The translations under genes were made by a program, and so were the position numbers. From Vicinamibacteria bacterium (lineage in GTDB: Bacteria > Acidobacteriota > Vicinamibacteria > Marinacidobacterales > Marinacidobacteraceae), in assembly GCA_963422395.1 (NCBI GenBank), contig OY729431.1, positions 2,240,001 through 2,304,000 of the forward strand: a stretch of DNA of 64,000 nt, given 5' to 3'. Shown here in pieces: positions 48,027 to 58,253 of the stretch. The notes beneath the pieces are model-generated. The model ran no database searches and was not told where the DNA came from. It worked only from the letters and a program-made list of their open reading frames with translations. Position 1 is the first letter of the stretch. Every line of letters begins with the position of its first letter.

Positions 48027-49436
48027 CTAATCGGTATCCATCGCCGGTGCCGACAAGGCGAGAGTGCCGGTGCTGTCGCCGAAGGAATCCAGCTCGAGGC
48101 CCAGCGACTGCACCAGCGCGAGCAGCGCATTCGCCATGGGAGTCCCGTCCGGCGCCTTCACATGCAGATTGCCGGCGAGATGGCCGCCCGCTCTGCCCAG
48201 CAGGATCAGCGGACAGCGCCGGTGGTTGTGGATGTTGGCGTCGGCCATCGGCGAGCCCCAGAGGATCGCCGTCTTGTCGAGCAGCGAAACGCCGCCCTCC
48301 ATGGTGTTTTGCAGCCGATCGAGGAAATAGGGGAGCTGAGCCACCCGGTACTGACAGATCCGGTTGAAGTCCATGATCCGCTCTTCGTCGTTCCCGTGGT
48401 GCGAGGCGGGGTGGAAGGGCCGGTTGGTGCCGCTCTCCGGGAACGAGCGATTCTGGGCATCGCGCCCGGTCTTGAACGAGATCACCCGGGTCATGTCGGT
48501 CTCCATCGCCAGCACCTGGAGGTCGAACATGAGTTGCATGTGCTCCGAAAAGGAGTCCGGCACGCCGGGCGGGGCGTCGGGCAGCGCGCGCGGCTCGCCG
48601 CCGTCGTTGCGGCCTTCGACCAGTTGGATGCGCCGCTCGACCTCGCGGACATCGTCGAGGTAGCGGCCGATGCGGAGGCGGTCCGCGCTGCCCAACTCCT
48701 TTTCGACCTCGGCCACATCGCTGAGGATCCAGTCCAGGATGCCGCGCCGCGTTGCCCGGCGCTCGGCGCGTTCCTCGGCAGTGCTGCCCGCCCCGAACAG
48801 CATCTCGAATGCCACGCGCGGGTCGCGGATCATCGGCAGCGGCTCGCTGGGCGACGACCAGCTGATCGAGTCGGTGTAGGCGCACGAATAGTTGTAGGTG
48901 CAGCCGCCGGCCTGATCGAGATTCTCGATGCAGAGCTGCAGCGACGGCATCGGCGTGGACTGGCCGAACCTCTGCGCATAGAGCTGGTCGAGCGAGGTGC
49001 CGACCCACAGGTCGGAACCCTGGGTCTGCTTCGGGTGGGACTGCGTCAGGAAGACCGAGGACGACCGGAAGTGGTCCCCGCCGATCTCCGGCGGGCTGAG
49101 CGCCTCGGCCATTCGGACATCGGTGTTGCTGACGATGGTCAGGTAGTCGCGGAACGGCTCCAGCGGTTTCAGCGCGTTGTCGGGCAGCAGCTCGAAATCG
49201 CGCCCCACCGCGGCCGGCGCGAACAGGTGCCGGCTGGCGCCCCACTCGTTGCAGCCGGGCAGGCCGTGCACCTCTTCGATGCAGACCAGGCGCGTCAGGT
49301 CCGGCGACGCCGCGGCGAGGCCGCGGCCCGAACGGCCCGCCGGGATCATCGCGTCGAGAAACGGGAGGGCGACAGAGGCGCCCGCGCCGCGCAGGAAGGT
49401 CCGGCGAGGCAGGTGCTTTCCGGTCAGGAAGGACAT
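48027..49436 (-). CDS. DUF1552 (HXXSHH) protein with Tat-like signal
   Basis: RRTFLRGAG..LPFLDAM, FHPASHH, H...RCPLILLG.AGG. Confidence 0.9.
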   Translation of the reverse strand: MSFLTGKHLPRRTFLRGAGASVALPFLDAMIPAGRSGRGLAAASPDLTRLVCIEEVHGLPGCNEWGASRHLFAPAAVGRDFELLPDNALKPLEPFRDYLTIVSNTDVRMAEALSPPEIGGDHFRSSSVFLTQSHPKQTQGSDLWVGTSLDQLYAQRFGQSTPMPSLQLCIENLDQAGGCTYNYSCAYTDSISWSSPSEPLPMIRDPRVAFEMLFGAGSTAEERAERRATRRGILDWILSDVAEVEKELGSADRLRIGRYLDDVREVERRIQLVEGRNDGGEPRALPDAPPGVPDSFSEHMQLMFDLQVLAMETDMTRVISFKTGRDAQNRSFPESGTNRPFHPASHHGNDEERIMDFNRICQYRVAQLPYFLDRLQNTMEGGVSLLDKTAILWGSPMADANIHNHRRCPLILLGRAGGHLAGNLHVKAPDGTPMANALLALVQSLGLELDSFGDSTGTLALSAPAMDTD

Positions 49437-49475
49437 GATGTTCTCCTCATTTTCCCTTTGCTCGGGGCTTCTCGT

Positions 49476-51884
49476 TCAGCTGCCCCGTTTGCGCTGGAAG
49501 GCGTCGCTTCGGACCACCCCCATGATGAAGGAAGCCATCCGGTAGTCGTTGGCCTCGGCCGCTCGGGTGATACTGCGGACCGTCGGCTGGTCGAAGGGTT
49601 CGACCCGCCGCCCGACCGCAAACGCCAGCAGGTTCTCGGTGAAGGTGCGCACCAGCGGAATCGGCCGCACCAAAAGGGCGTCCACCAGCTCGGCCGGCGT
49701 GGAAACCGGAGTGCCGTCGTAGAAGTCGCCCCGGGTATCCAGCGGGCCGCCGTTCTCGCGTAGGCGCCAGTTGCCGGTCACATCGAAGTTGTCGAGGGCC
49801 AGGCCGATCGGGTCGATCAACCGGTGACAGGAATTGCAGCTGGGGTTGGCGGCATGCGCTTCCAGCCGCTCGCGGGTGGTCAGCCGCCGGCCGTCCTTCA
49901 CCCCTTCCGTGTCCTCCAGGGCCGGGATGTCGGGAGGGGGCGGGGGCGGAGGCGTGCCCAGCAACACCTCCATGACCCATTTGCCGCGCAGTACCGGCGA
50001 AGTGCGGTTGGCGAGCGAGGTGAGCACCAAAATGCTGCCGTGGCCGAGGATGCCGCGGCGGCTGTCGTCGGGGTAGCGGACCCGGCGGAAGTGCCGTCCG
50101 GCCACTCCTGGCAACCCGTAGTGCCGCGCGAGCCGCTCGTTGACGAAGGTGTAGTCGGCCCGATAGAGGTCGAGCAGACTGCGGTCCCGCTCCACGAGGT
50201 CGGCGAAGAACAGTTCGGTCTCGCGGCGCATCGCCCGCGCGAGGTTCTCGTCGTAGTTCGGGAAGAAGTTGGGATCCGGCCGGACCTTGTCCATGTCCTG
50301 CAGCCGGAACCACTGCGCGGCGAAGCGGCGGCCCAGCGCCGCCGCGCGCGGGTCGGCGAGCATTCGCAGCGCCTGCCGATCCAGCTCGTCCGGCGTCAGG
50401 GCGCCCTCGTCCGCCAGCGTCTGGAGCTCGTCGTCCGGCGGCGTTCCCCAAAGGAAGAACGAGAGGCGCGAGGCGATGTCCGGGCCTTGCAGCCGGTAGC
50501 CTCGTTCCGCCGCCGCGGTCTCGAGGTCCGGCGGTTCGCGTTCGAGCCGCAGCACGAAGTGCGGACTCGCCAGCAATGCCTCGAGCGCCGTCCGCACGCC
50601 GACTTCGAAGCCTCCCGCAGCGGCTCCCTCATCGAAGAACCCCAGCAGATCTTCGACCTCGCGTTCGCTGAGGGCCCGCCGGTAGGCCTCGCGGCCGAGG
50701 CGCGCGAGGATCCGGCCGGCGCATGGGCGCGCCTCTCCGGGAGTCGTCGGTCGACAACTGAAGATGCGCCGCCGGCTCGGCGTATCCGACAACCCCGTCG
50801 AATCGTAGGGGCCGCTGATGATGACATCGCGGATGTGCGGCAGGGTGGTGATGCCCGCACCACCCGATCCGCCCCCGGCATAGGACCAGTCGTGGGGGCG
50901 GATCAGGTCCTCGTAGGGTCCGTCGTGCCGCCGGACGAACGCGGCCGCCACCCGGTGGGCGCCGGCCCGGACGAAGATCCGCGGGGTCGCGGTGACCGCG
51001 CCTCCCCGGCCATCGGCGCCGACCTGCCGGTCGGTGTCGTAGTGCAGCAGAGCGACCCGCTCGCCGTCGATCGAGACATCGATGTCCTCGATGCGGGTGT
51101 TGGCCCCGGAGGTGAAGGTCAACCCGAAGAGGTATTCGGCGTCGGCCGGGAACACATGGTCCACCACCAGACCGCCGCGGGTGCCGTACGGCGCACCCTC
51201 GATCGGGTCCCACGGGTGCTGCGAGAGGTACTCCGAGTTGCTGTAGGTGTGATCCACGGGCTTGCCGAGGCGCTCACCGACCGCAAGGCGGCTGATGGCG
51301 CTCGCCGCGTTCAGATACGCCTCGAGCAGGGTGGCCGAAAGCGTCTGGGCATCGGCGATGTTGTCGAAATTGGCGCTCACCGGATCGAGCGGCAGCCAGT
51401 CTCCCGCATCCACCTCGAGACCCAGCAGGTCGCGAATGGACTGCTCGTACTCCGCGCGGTTGAGGCGCTGGAAGGGCCTGCTGCCGGGGTCGGGAGTCAG
51501 CTCGGCGGCCTCGTCGAGACGGGACTCCAGGGTCTCGACCAGGGTCAGCAGCGCGTCGCTGCCCGGGGGACGAGTGCCGGGCGGCGGCATCATGCCGGCG
51601 CGCAGCTTCCGGACCATCTCCTCGGCGACATCGGCGTTCTCGGCCGCGCGCGTCACATCGAACCCCTGGAGCGACAGGTTGCCGCTCAGCATCCGATCGT
51701 TGTGGCACATCACACAGGTACTGCTCACGACGCGGTTGGCCTGGGCGTCCGTCGGCGTGGTCGGCGCGGCCCGCCGGGCCTCGGCGCCGAGGGCGAGACC
51801 CGCAGCCCCGGTATGGAGGAGAGCGGCGCCTACCACCAAGACGATGGCGCCGAGCATTCGCTCGGTTCCGGTTCGTACCCTCAT
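49476..51884 (-). CDS. DUF1592/1588/1587/1585/1595 multidomain protein with c-type heme motifs
   Basis: CVMCH, MMPP, RLNRAEY, ASRLSFFLW, TFVNERLARHYG, TSPVLRGKWV, CNSCH..IDPIG. Confidence 0.92.
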   Translation of the reverse strand: MRVRTGTERMLGAIVLVVGAALLHTGAAGLALGAEARRAAPTTPTDAQANRVVSSTCVMCHNDRMLSGNLSLQGFDVTRAAENADVAEEMVRKLRAGMMPPPGTRPPGSDALLTLVETLESRLDEAAELTPDPGSRPFQRLNRAEYEQSIRDLLGLEVDAGDWLPLDPVSANFDNIADAQTLSATLLEAYLNAASAISRLAVGERLGKPVDHTYSNSEYLSQHPWDPIEGAPYGTRGGLVVDHVFPADAEYLFGLTFTSGANTRIEDIDVSIDGERVALLHYDTDRQVGADGRGGAVTATPRIFVRAGAHRVAAAFVRRHDGPYEDLIRPHDWSYAGGGSGGAGITTLPHIRDVIISGPYDSTGLSDTPSRRRIFSCRPTTPGEARPCAGRILARLGREAYRRALSEREVEDLLGFFDEGAAAGGFEVGVRTALEALLASPHFVLRLEREPPDLETAAAERGYRLQGPDIASRLSFFLWGTPPDDELQTLADEGALTPDELDRQALRMLADPRAAALGRRFAAQWFRLQDMDKVRPDPNFFPNYDENLARAMRRETELFFADLVERDRSLLDLYRADYTFVNERLARHYGLPGVAGRHFRRVRYPDDSRRGILGHGSILVLTSLANRTSPVLRGKWVMEVLLGTPPPPPPPDIPALEDTEGVKDGRRLTTRERLEAHAANPSCNSCHRLIDPIGLALDNFDVTGNWRLRENGGPLDTRGDFYDGTPVSTPAELVDALLVRPIPLVRTFTENLLAFAVGRRVEPFDQPTVRSITRAAEANDYRMASFIMGVVRSDAFQRKRGS

Positions 51885-52015
51885 TCGGCTACCTGCTGCT
51901 GATGAATCCGCTTGCAACGGCGGAGGCGGACGTTGACGCAGCTTAGCAAGTGTGTCCTCTTTCCCGTCATGATGCAAATTCCGGTGGTGCCGATCCTGAG
52001 GAACCCGGAGCGGGC

Positions 52016-53344
52016 TCAGCCGAGCGAACGGGCGGTGAGATCGAGCACCCTTTCCACTTCGGCAGCGGTGAGTGACAGCGCCGGGCGATAGCGCACGGTG
52101 CGGGGGCCGCAGCCGAGGATCAGCAGGCCGTTCTCCCAGGCGCGTTCGAGAAAACCGTCGCGCGCCGCGGTGTCCGGGAGGTCGAAGGCGCAGAGGAGGC
52201 CCCGGCCGCGAGCCGCGGCGATCTCCCAGCGGTCAGAAGCGGCGAGCTGGCGCAGCCCGGCGAGCAGTTCAGCGCCGCGCCGGGCGGCGTTCTCCACCAG
52301 GCTCTCCTCCTCCATGATTTCGAGGTAGCGATCGAAGCGAACCATGTCCACCAGGTTGCCGCCGAAGGTGGAATTGATGCGGGAAGAGAGGCGAAAGACA
52401 TTGTCTTCGACCTCGTCCAGGCGGCGGCTGGCGAGGATGCCGCAGACCTGGGCCTTCTTGCCGAACACCAGCACATCGGGGGGGACGCCGAAGTGTTCGA
52501 AGCACCACATCCGGCCGGTCGCCCCCACTCCGGTTTGCACCTCGTCGAAAATGAGCAGGAATTCGCGCTCGTCGGCGAGGCGGCGCAGCGCCTCGAAGAA
52601 CTCGCGCCGGAAGTGGAAGTCTCCGCCCTCCCCCTGGATCGGCTCGACGATCAGGCCGGCGATGTCGTCCGGGTGGGCGTCGAGAGCGGCTTCGATGGCG
52701 GTGAGGGCGCGGGCTTCAGCGGCCTCGGTTTCCGGGAGGCGTTCCGCTTCCGGGTGGCGGACGAACGGGTTTTCGATCCGGGGCCAATCGAACTTCGGAA
52801 AGAAGGCCACCTTCATCGGCTCGGTGTTCGTGATCGAAAGCGCGTAGCCGGTCCGTCCGTGGAAGGCGTTCTCGAAGTGGAGGATGCGGCTGCCCCGCAC
52901 CCCCCGGCCCGCCGCCAGGTTCCGGCGCACCTTCCAGTCGAAAGCGGTCTTGAGCGCGTTCTCGACGGCCACCGAGCCGCCCGCGACGAAGAAGGCGTGG
53001 GGCAGCTCCTCCGGGATGCCGAGGCGGGAGAAGGTGTCGAGGAAGCGAGCCATCTCGACGGTGTAGAAGTCGGAATTCGAGGGATTGTGGACCGCCGCCC
53101 GCGAAAGCCGGCGGCGGAACTCCGGATCGGAAAGTCCGGGATGGTTGTGCCCGATCGGATTCGCAGCGAAATAGGAGAAGCAGTCGAGGAACTCCCGGCC
53201 AGTGCGGGCGCAGCGCAGGAAGGCACCGTGACTCCCGTCCAGATCGAGGACGAGGTCCAACCCGTCGGTGATCAGGTGGCGCCGCAGCCGGTCGTGGACT
53301 TCTGCAGGCGACGGGCCGCGGCGGGCCGGAGCCGAAACGGGCAC
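52016..53344 (-). CDS. lat: L-lysine 6-transaminase
   Basis: NPSNSDFY, AVENALKTAFDWKVR, AFHGRTGY, KFDWPRI, DEVQTG, FGKKAQVCG, SRINSTFGG. Confidence 0.9.
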   Translation of the reverse strand: MPVSAPARRGPSPAEVHDRLRRHLITDGLDLVLDLDGSHGAFLRCARTGREFLDCFSYFAANPIGHNHPGLSDPEFRRRLSRAAVHNPSNSDFYTVEMARFLDTFSRLGIPEELPHAFFVAGGSVAVENALKTAFDWKVRRNLAAGRGVRGSRILHFENAFHGRTGYALSITNTEPMKVAFFPKFDWPRIENPFVRHPEAERLPETEAAEARALTAIEAALDAHPDDIAGLIVEPIQGEGGDFHFRREFFEALRRLADEREFLLIFDEVQTGVGATGRMWCFEHFGVPPDVLVFGKKAQVCGILASRRLDEVEDNVFRLSSRINSTFGGNLVDMVRFDRYLEIMEEESLVENAARRGAELLAGLRQLAASDRWEIAAARGRGLLCAFDLPDTAARDGFLERAWENGLLILGCGPRTVRYRPALSLTAAEVERVLDLTARSLG

Positions 53345-53428
53345 CGGCTGAGGGTAGCAGCCCGCAGCCGCAGAGATGCGGTCGGCCTCGAATCACGGCC
53401 CGTCCGGGCTCTCGATAGACTCTGGAAG

Positions 53429-54370
53429 GTGGCGGAGTTCGGCCGAGGGCGGCTCGGGTCGGCGATCGCCCTCGTTGCGGCAGTCGGGCTGCCAGGCGCT
53501 GCCGGTTCCGAACTCGCCGCCGATTCCGGGCTCGCCGCCGAGGTGCGGATCTTCGAGGTTCGCCGACTCAGCTCGGATTTCTCTCCGATCGAGGGGCTTT
53601 CTTTCCGGCTCGCAAGCGACGGTGCCCGGGTTCGGACCTCCGATTGGCTCGCCACCCTGGCGCGGCGCATCCCCGATGCCTACTTCGCCCAGCTGCTCAC
53701 TCTCGGACCGATGCGGGAGCGTTCCGAGACGATCCGGCGCCGGAACCGAAGGGCGGTGCGCCTTCGGCTTTCGCCCCTCGGAACGGAAGACCCCGGAACA
53801 GGAGCTGGCCACCGCCGGTTCTCCGTGGAGCTGGCCCTGCTGCGCGGCACCGCGACGGTCCACACGATACGCCGCGAGGGTGCTGTCGAGGCGGGGACCA
53901 CCCTGGTGATGAGCGGACGCGACTTCGAGATCCCGCTGAGCGACTACCTGTCGTGGTTCCGGGAACCGGGGGGCCTCGAAGCCAGAGGGCAGCTCTACGA
54001 AAGGCTGCGGGGCCACTCGATCTTCCTGGCGCTGGGAGTCAGCTTTCGCGCCGACGAAGATCGGGCCGAAACCGATCGGGCGGGCGCTGCTCCGAGGCAC
54101 CCGATCCGGCTCCGCGCCCCCGCCGACCCGCACCTGCTGGACCTGGACAACGCGCTGGTAGGAAGGGCGAAGGGGACGGTGCGGCTGCGCCTGCGGCTCG
54201 ACGGCGAGGGCGCGCCGGAGCACACCGAAGTGCTGGAAACCACCCTTCCCGAAGTGACCCCCAGGGTGCTCGGGATCGTGTCCGGCTGGCGGTTTCCCCA
54301 GGCCGCCGGGCGAGAGGGGCGCCTGCGGCTGACGGTGGCCAGCCGCGGATCGCCCGACCGCGGCCGCTAA
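53429..54370 (+). CDS. Hypothetical exported protein with TonB-C-like C-terminus
   Basis: Signal-like N-terminus; GTVRLRLRLDGEG....EVLE...WRF. Start uncertain. Confidence 0.55.
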   Translation: MAEFGRGRLGSAIALVAAVGLPGAAGSELAADSGLAAEVRIFEVRRLSSDFSPIEGLSFRLASDGARVRTSDWLATLARRIPDAYFAQLLTLGPMRERSETIRRRNRRAVRLRLSPLGTEDPGTGAGHRRFSVELALLRGTATVHTIRREGAVEAGTTLVMSGRDFEIPLSDYLSWFREPGGLEARGQLYERLRGHSIFLALGVSFRADEDRAETDRAGAAPRHPIRLRAPADPHLLDLDNALVGRAKGTVRLRLRLDGEGAPEHTEVLETTLPEVTPRVLGIVSGWRFPQAAGREGRLRLTVASRGSPDRGR

Positions 54371-54440
54371 AGTTGCCGCAAACTGGCACTATCTGATACA
54401 TAACAGCGGGAAGCACTCTGTTCCCCAAGGAGAATCGAAG

Positions 54441-56108
54441 ATGACGATCCGACTTCGCTGTATGCGGGCTGCGCTGGGCGCGGCCTTCCTCGCTCTCGCA
54501 GCCTCCCCCGCCCTGCCGCAGTCCGGCGGACTCGGCACGATCTCTTTTCCGAACTCGGGAAAGGAGGCCGCCCAGCAGGATTTCCTCGACGGCGTGCGGC
54601 TGCTCCACAGTTTCGAATGGGAGGACGCCGCGGAAGCGTTCCAGCGCGCCCAGACCGCCGACCCCGATTTCGCGCTCGCCTACTGGGGCGAGGCGCTCAG
54701 CCACACCGGCGGCCATCACCATCCGCCCGGACAGGACATGTCGAAGGCGCGGGCCGCACTGTTGAAGCTCGGCAAGACGCGCGCCGAGCGGGTGGCCAAG
54801 GCCCCGACCGACCGCGAAAAGCAGTATCTCGAGTCGGTCCACATCCTCTACGGCCCCGGCGATCTCCAAGAGCGCTGCGACGAGTACGAGCAGGCGCTCG
54901 CCGAGCTCAGCGCCGCCTATCCCGACGACCTCGAGGCGGCGGCTTTCCACTCCCTCGCGCTGATGCGGACGCGGGTCCGCGGCGAGGCCAGCCGGCGGGT
55001 GGACATGCGCGCCGGCGCCATCGCGCAGGCGGTGTTCCGGGCCAATCCGGACCACCCGGGCGCGGCGCACTATGTGATCCACGCCTACGACGATCCGGTG
55101 CATGCCCCGGTGGCCCTCTACGCCGCCCGGAAGTACGCGGATATCGCACCGGCCGCGGTGCACGCGCTCCACATGCCGTCGCACATCTTCGTCCAGCACG
55201 GGATGTGGGATCAGGTGCGCAGCCTCAACGCCCGGTCGTACCAGGCATCGATCGACCGGGCGGAGCGCAAGGGGCTGTCCCCGATGCGCTACTCGTACCA
55301 CGCGCTCTACTGGCTGCTCTACGCCTACCTCGAGGAGGGCCGCTACGAAGAAGGACAGAAGGTCCTCGACGACCTGCACACGATCACCCAACGCGACGAA
55401 GCGACCGCGGCCGTCAAGGAGACCTGGTTGCGCATGGACGCGTTGAACACCGTGGAGACCCGGCGCTGGAAGCCGGAGCCGGTGGCCGAGCTGGTGGCGC
55501 AGATCGAGAGCGACGAGCCCGAAGTCGGCCACCGCACCGCCGGCGCCGTGCTCTACGCGCGGGGCGCGAGCGCCGCCGAGACCGGAGATACCGAGACCGC
55601 GCGGGAGGCGCACGAAGGCCTGGGGAAGATCCACGAGATGCTCGCCGGCTCCGAGAATCCGCGCGGCGCGGAACAGGCCCTGGTGATGGCGCACGAGATG
55701 GCCGGGCTGATCGCGAAGGCCGAAGGCGACTCCGCCGGCGCGGTCGCCGCCTTCCGCAAGGCGGTGCAGGTCGCCGAAGCGATGGAGCCGCCCTCCGGCC
55801 CGCCCGGAGAATCTCCGATCGACTCCCCGATCCAACCGGCGCATGAGCTGCTCGGGGAAATGCTGCTCGCTACCGGGGAGGCCGAAGAGGCGATCGAAGT
55901 CTTCGAGGCTTCGCTGGAACGGACCGCCAAGCGGCCGCGCTCACTCCATGGGGCGGCGCGCGCCGCGGCTGCGGTCGGAGACGACGAAGCCGCCCGACGG
56001 TTCTACGAAGAGCTGCTGGCCACCCCGGAGCGCGGGCCGGACCTGCCGGGGCTGGCCGGGGCTCTCGATCAGACCGGAGCTGATGAAGGGGCGCCGGGGG
56101 GTTCCTGA
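54441..56108 (+). CDS. Secreted TPR-like helical repeat protein
   Basis: AAGGAG RBS; signal; LHSFEW, DPDFALAYWGEA, PDHPGAAHY.IH, HALHMPSHIF. Confidence 0.88.
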   Translation: MTIRLRCMRAALGAAFLALAASPALPQSGGLGTISFPNSGKEAAQQDFLDGVRLLHSFEWEDAAEAFQRAQTADPDFALAYWGEALSHTGGHHHPPGQDMSKARAALLKLGKTRAERVAKAPTDREKQYLESVHILYGPGDLQERCDEYEQALAELSAAYPDDLEAAAFHSLALMRTRVRGEASRRVDMRAGAIAQAVFRANPDHPGAAHYVIHAYDDPVHAPVALYAARKYADIAPAAVHALHMPSHIFVQHGMWDQVRSLNARSYQASIDRAERKGLSPMRYSYHALYWLLYAYLEEGRYEEGQKVLDDLHTITQRDEATAAVKETWLRMDALNTVETRRWKPEPVAELVAQIESDEPEVGHRTAGAVLYARGASAAETGDTETAREAHEGLGKIHEMLAGSENPRGAEQALVMAHEMAGLIAKAEGDSAGAVAAFRKAVQVAEAMEPPSGPPGESPIDSPIQPAHELLGEMLLATGEAEEAIEVFEASLERTAKRPRSLHGAARAAAAVGDDEAARRFYEELLATPERGPDLPGLAGALDQTGADEGAPGGS

Positions 56109-56130
56109 CGCGGATGCCTGACGGAGCCCC

Positions 56131-56823
56131 TCACTCGTCCCCGCCGAGCAATCCCGAACGAAGCAGGTAGTAGACCAGGGTCAGCACGCCGGTGAGAGCG
56201 GCGGCCACATAGGTCATCGCTGCCGCGGTCAGCACCTTCGAGACGCCGCGGCGCTCTTCCGGCGCGATGATCCCGGTCTCCCAGACGAGTTCCCGCGCCC
56301 TCCGCGATGCGTTCAATTCCACCGGCAGGGTCACTATCTGAAAGAGAACCACCAGCGAGAAGAGCACGATGCCGAGCTGGACGAGCCCGAAGGCGCCCAG
56401 CAGGAAACCGGCGAGCAGGACGATCCAGGAAGCGCTCGAGGCGAACGCCGCCGGACGGGCGAGCGCCTGGCGGAACAGGAGCGGTCGATAGCCGGCGTGG
56501 TGCTGCATCGCGTGACCCACCTCGTGGGCCGCGACCGCAATCGCGCCCACCGTCCGGCCCTCGTACACCTCGGGGGACAGCCGGAGCGCCCGAACCGCCG
56601 GGTCGTAGTGATCGGAGAGCGAGCCGGGGTGCTCCTCCACCGGAATGCGGATCCCCTGCCGCTGCAGCAGGAGCTGGGCGGTCTCGCGGCCGCTCCGTCC
56701 GCTGGCCGCGGGCATCTTGTGGTAGCGGGCGAAGGTGGACTTGACCTTGAAGGTCGCCCACAGAGTGAGTGCGAGTCCGGGGGCCAGGATGATGAAGTAG
56801 AGAGGATCGAAGAAAGCGAACAT
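56131..56823 (-). CDS. YugP-like neutral zinc metallopeptidase
   Basis: LSDHYDP, AAHEVGHA, TLPVELNAS.RA, AAA.TYVA. Confidence 0.92.
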   Translation of the reverse strand: MFAFFDPLYFIILAPGLALTLWATFKVKSTFARYHKMPAASGRSGRETAQLLLQRQGIRIPVEEHPGSLSDHYDPAVRALRLSPEVYEGRTVGAIAVAAHEVGHAMQHHAGYRPLLFRQALARPAAFASSASWIVLLAGFLLGAFGLVQLGIVLFSLVVLFQIVTLPVELNASRRARELVWETGIIAPEERRGVSKVLTAAAMTYVAAALTGVLTLVYYLLRSGLLGGDE

Positions 56824-56885
56824 GATGATGGGAGCGGGCTAGCAAACAGCGGGCCAGGCGGGGACGGGGCCCCGGGAATGAGAGA

Positions 56886-58199
56886 ATGGAGAGAATGGTT
56901 CCGATGGATATATCACGAAGCGACGGCGAAGAATTCCCTTCCTCCGGGGAGGGCGGAGAAACACCGTTCGCCATCGATGCCCGCCGCCTCCGTGACTCGC
57001 TCGTCCGGCTCTCCGGCTTCGGTGCCCATCCTGAAGGGGGGTCGCAGCGGATCGCTTTTTCCGAGGAGGAGCGGGCTGCGCGCACCTGGCTCGCGGAGGA
57101 GATGCGGAACGCGGGGCTCACCGTCCGCACCGACCCGGCCGGAAACCTCTTCGGACGGCGGGAGGGCCGCGAACCACTCCCCGCGATCCTGCTCGGGTCG
57201 CACCTCGACACCGTGCCGCGCGGCGGCCACTACGACGGGACCCTCGGGGTGCTCGGCGCCCTCGAAGTACTGCGCTCGCTTTCCGAGCAGCGGCTCGCGA
57301 CCCGGCATCCTTTGGAGATGGTCGCCTGGTGCGACGAGGAAGGCGCGCATTTCGGAAACGGTCTCTTCGGGAGCCGCGCCGCGACCGAGGGCGTTCCGCC
57401 CGCCGAGCTGGACCGGGTGGGGGAGGACGGGCTCAGCCTGCACGAATGGCTCGAGCGCTATGGGCTCGATCCCGGAGCGCTTTCACGCACGGTGCTCGAC
57501 CCGAGGCGCGTGCACGCACTCTTCGAACTCCATGTGGAGCAGGGGGGAAAACTGCACCGCGAGAGGTGCCGGATCGGCATCGTGAGCGGCATCGTGGGCA
57601 TCCACCGTTTCGAGGCGCGGATCGAAGGGTTCCAGAACCACGCGGGGACCACCCCGATGGCAGAGCGGCGCGACGCCATGCTGACAGCCGCCCGGCTCAT
57701 CGTGGCCGTCCACGAGGAGATCCGGGCGCGCCCGGGAGAACAGGTAGGGAATGTCGGACAGCTCAGCGTCTCGCCCGACGCAGCGAATGTAGTCCCTGGA
57801 GCGGTGCAGTTTCCAGTGGAACTACGGGACCTCGACGACCGGGTGGTGGACGGGATCCTCGAGCGGATCAGCGGGCGGAGCGCCCGGCTCAGCGAAGAAA
57901 CCGGATGCGCGATCCGGATCGAGCGAACCCTCCGCGAGCGGCCGGCCTCCATGGATCCCGCACTCCGCGAACTCCTCCTCGGACTCGCGCGCGAAGCCGG
58001 CCACGAACCGCTGACGCTGCCGAGCCGCGCCGGCCACGACGCCCAAAACACTGCCCGCCACGGGATTCCCACCGCGATGATCTTCGTGCCCAGCCGGGAC
58101 GGAATCAGCCATGCCCCGGAGGAGTGGACCTCCTGGGAGGACTGTGCCCGCGGCGTGGACCTGCTGCGGCGGGGGGTGCTCGCGGTGGATCGGGCCTGA
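56886..58199 (+). CDS. M20 N-carbamoyl-amino-acid/allantoate amidohydrolase family
   Basis: GSHLDTVP.GG.YDG, DEEG, ELHVEQG, NHAGTTPM, AGHDA, GISHAPEE. Confidence 0.92.
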   Translation: MERMVPMDISRSDGEEFPSSGEGGETPFAIDARRLRDSLVRLSGFGAHPEGGSQRIAFSEEERAARTWLAEEMRNAGLTVRTDPAGNLFGRREGREPLPAILLGSHLDTVPRGGHYDGTLGVLGALEVLRSLSEQRLATRHPLEMVAWCDEEGAHFGNGLFGSRAATEGVPPAELDRVGEDGLSLHEWLERYGLDPGALSRTVLDPRRVHALFELHVEQGGKLHRERCRIGIVSGIVGIHRFEARIEGFQNHAGTTPMAERRDAMLTAARLIVAVHEEIRARPGEQVGNVGQLSVSPDAANVVPGAVQFPVELRDLDDRVVDGILERISGRSARLSEETGCAIRIERTLRERPASMDPALRELLLGLAREAGHEPLTLPSRAGHDAQNTARHGIPTAMIFVPSRDGISHAPEEWTSWEDCARGVDLLRRGVLAVDRA

Positions 58200-58253
58200 C
58201 GGAACCGCCTGATACAGAACCGCCTGACGAGAACCGCCTGACGAGGGCCGAAG

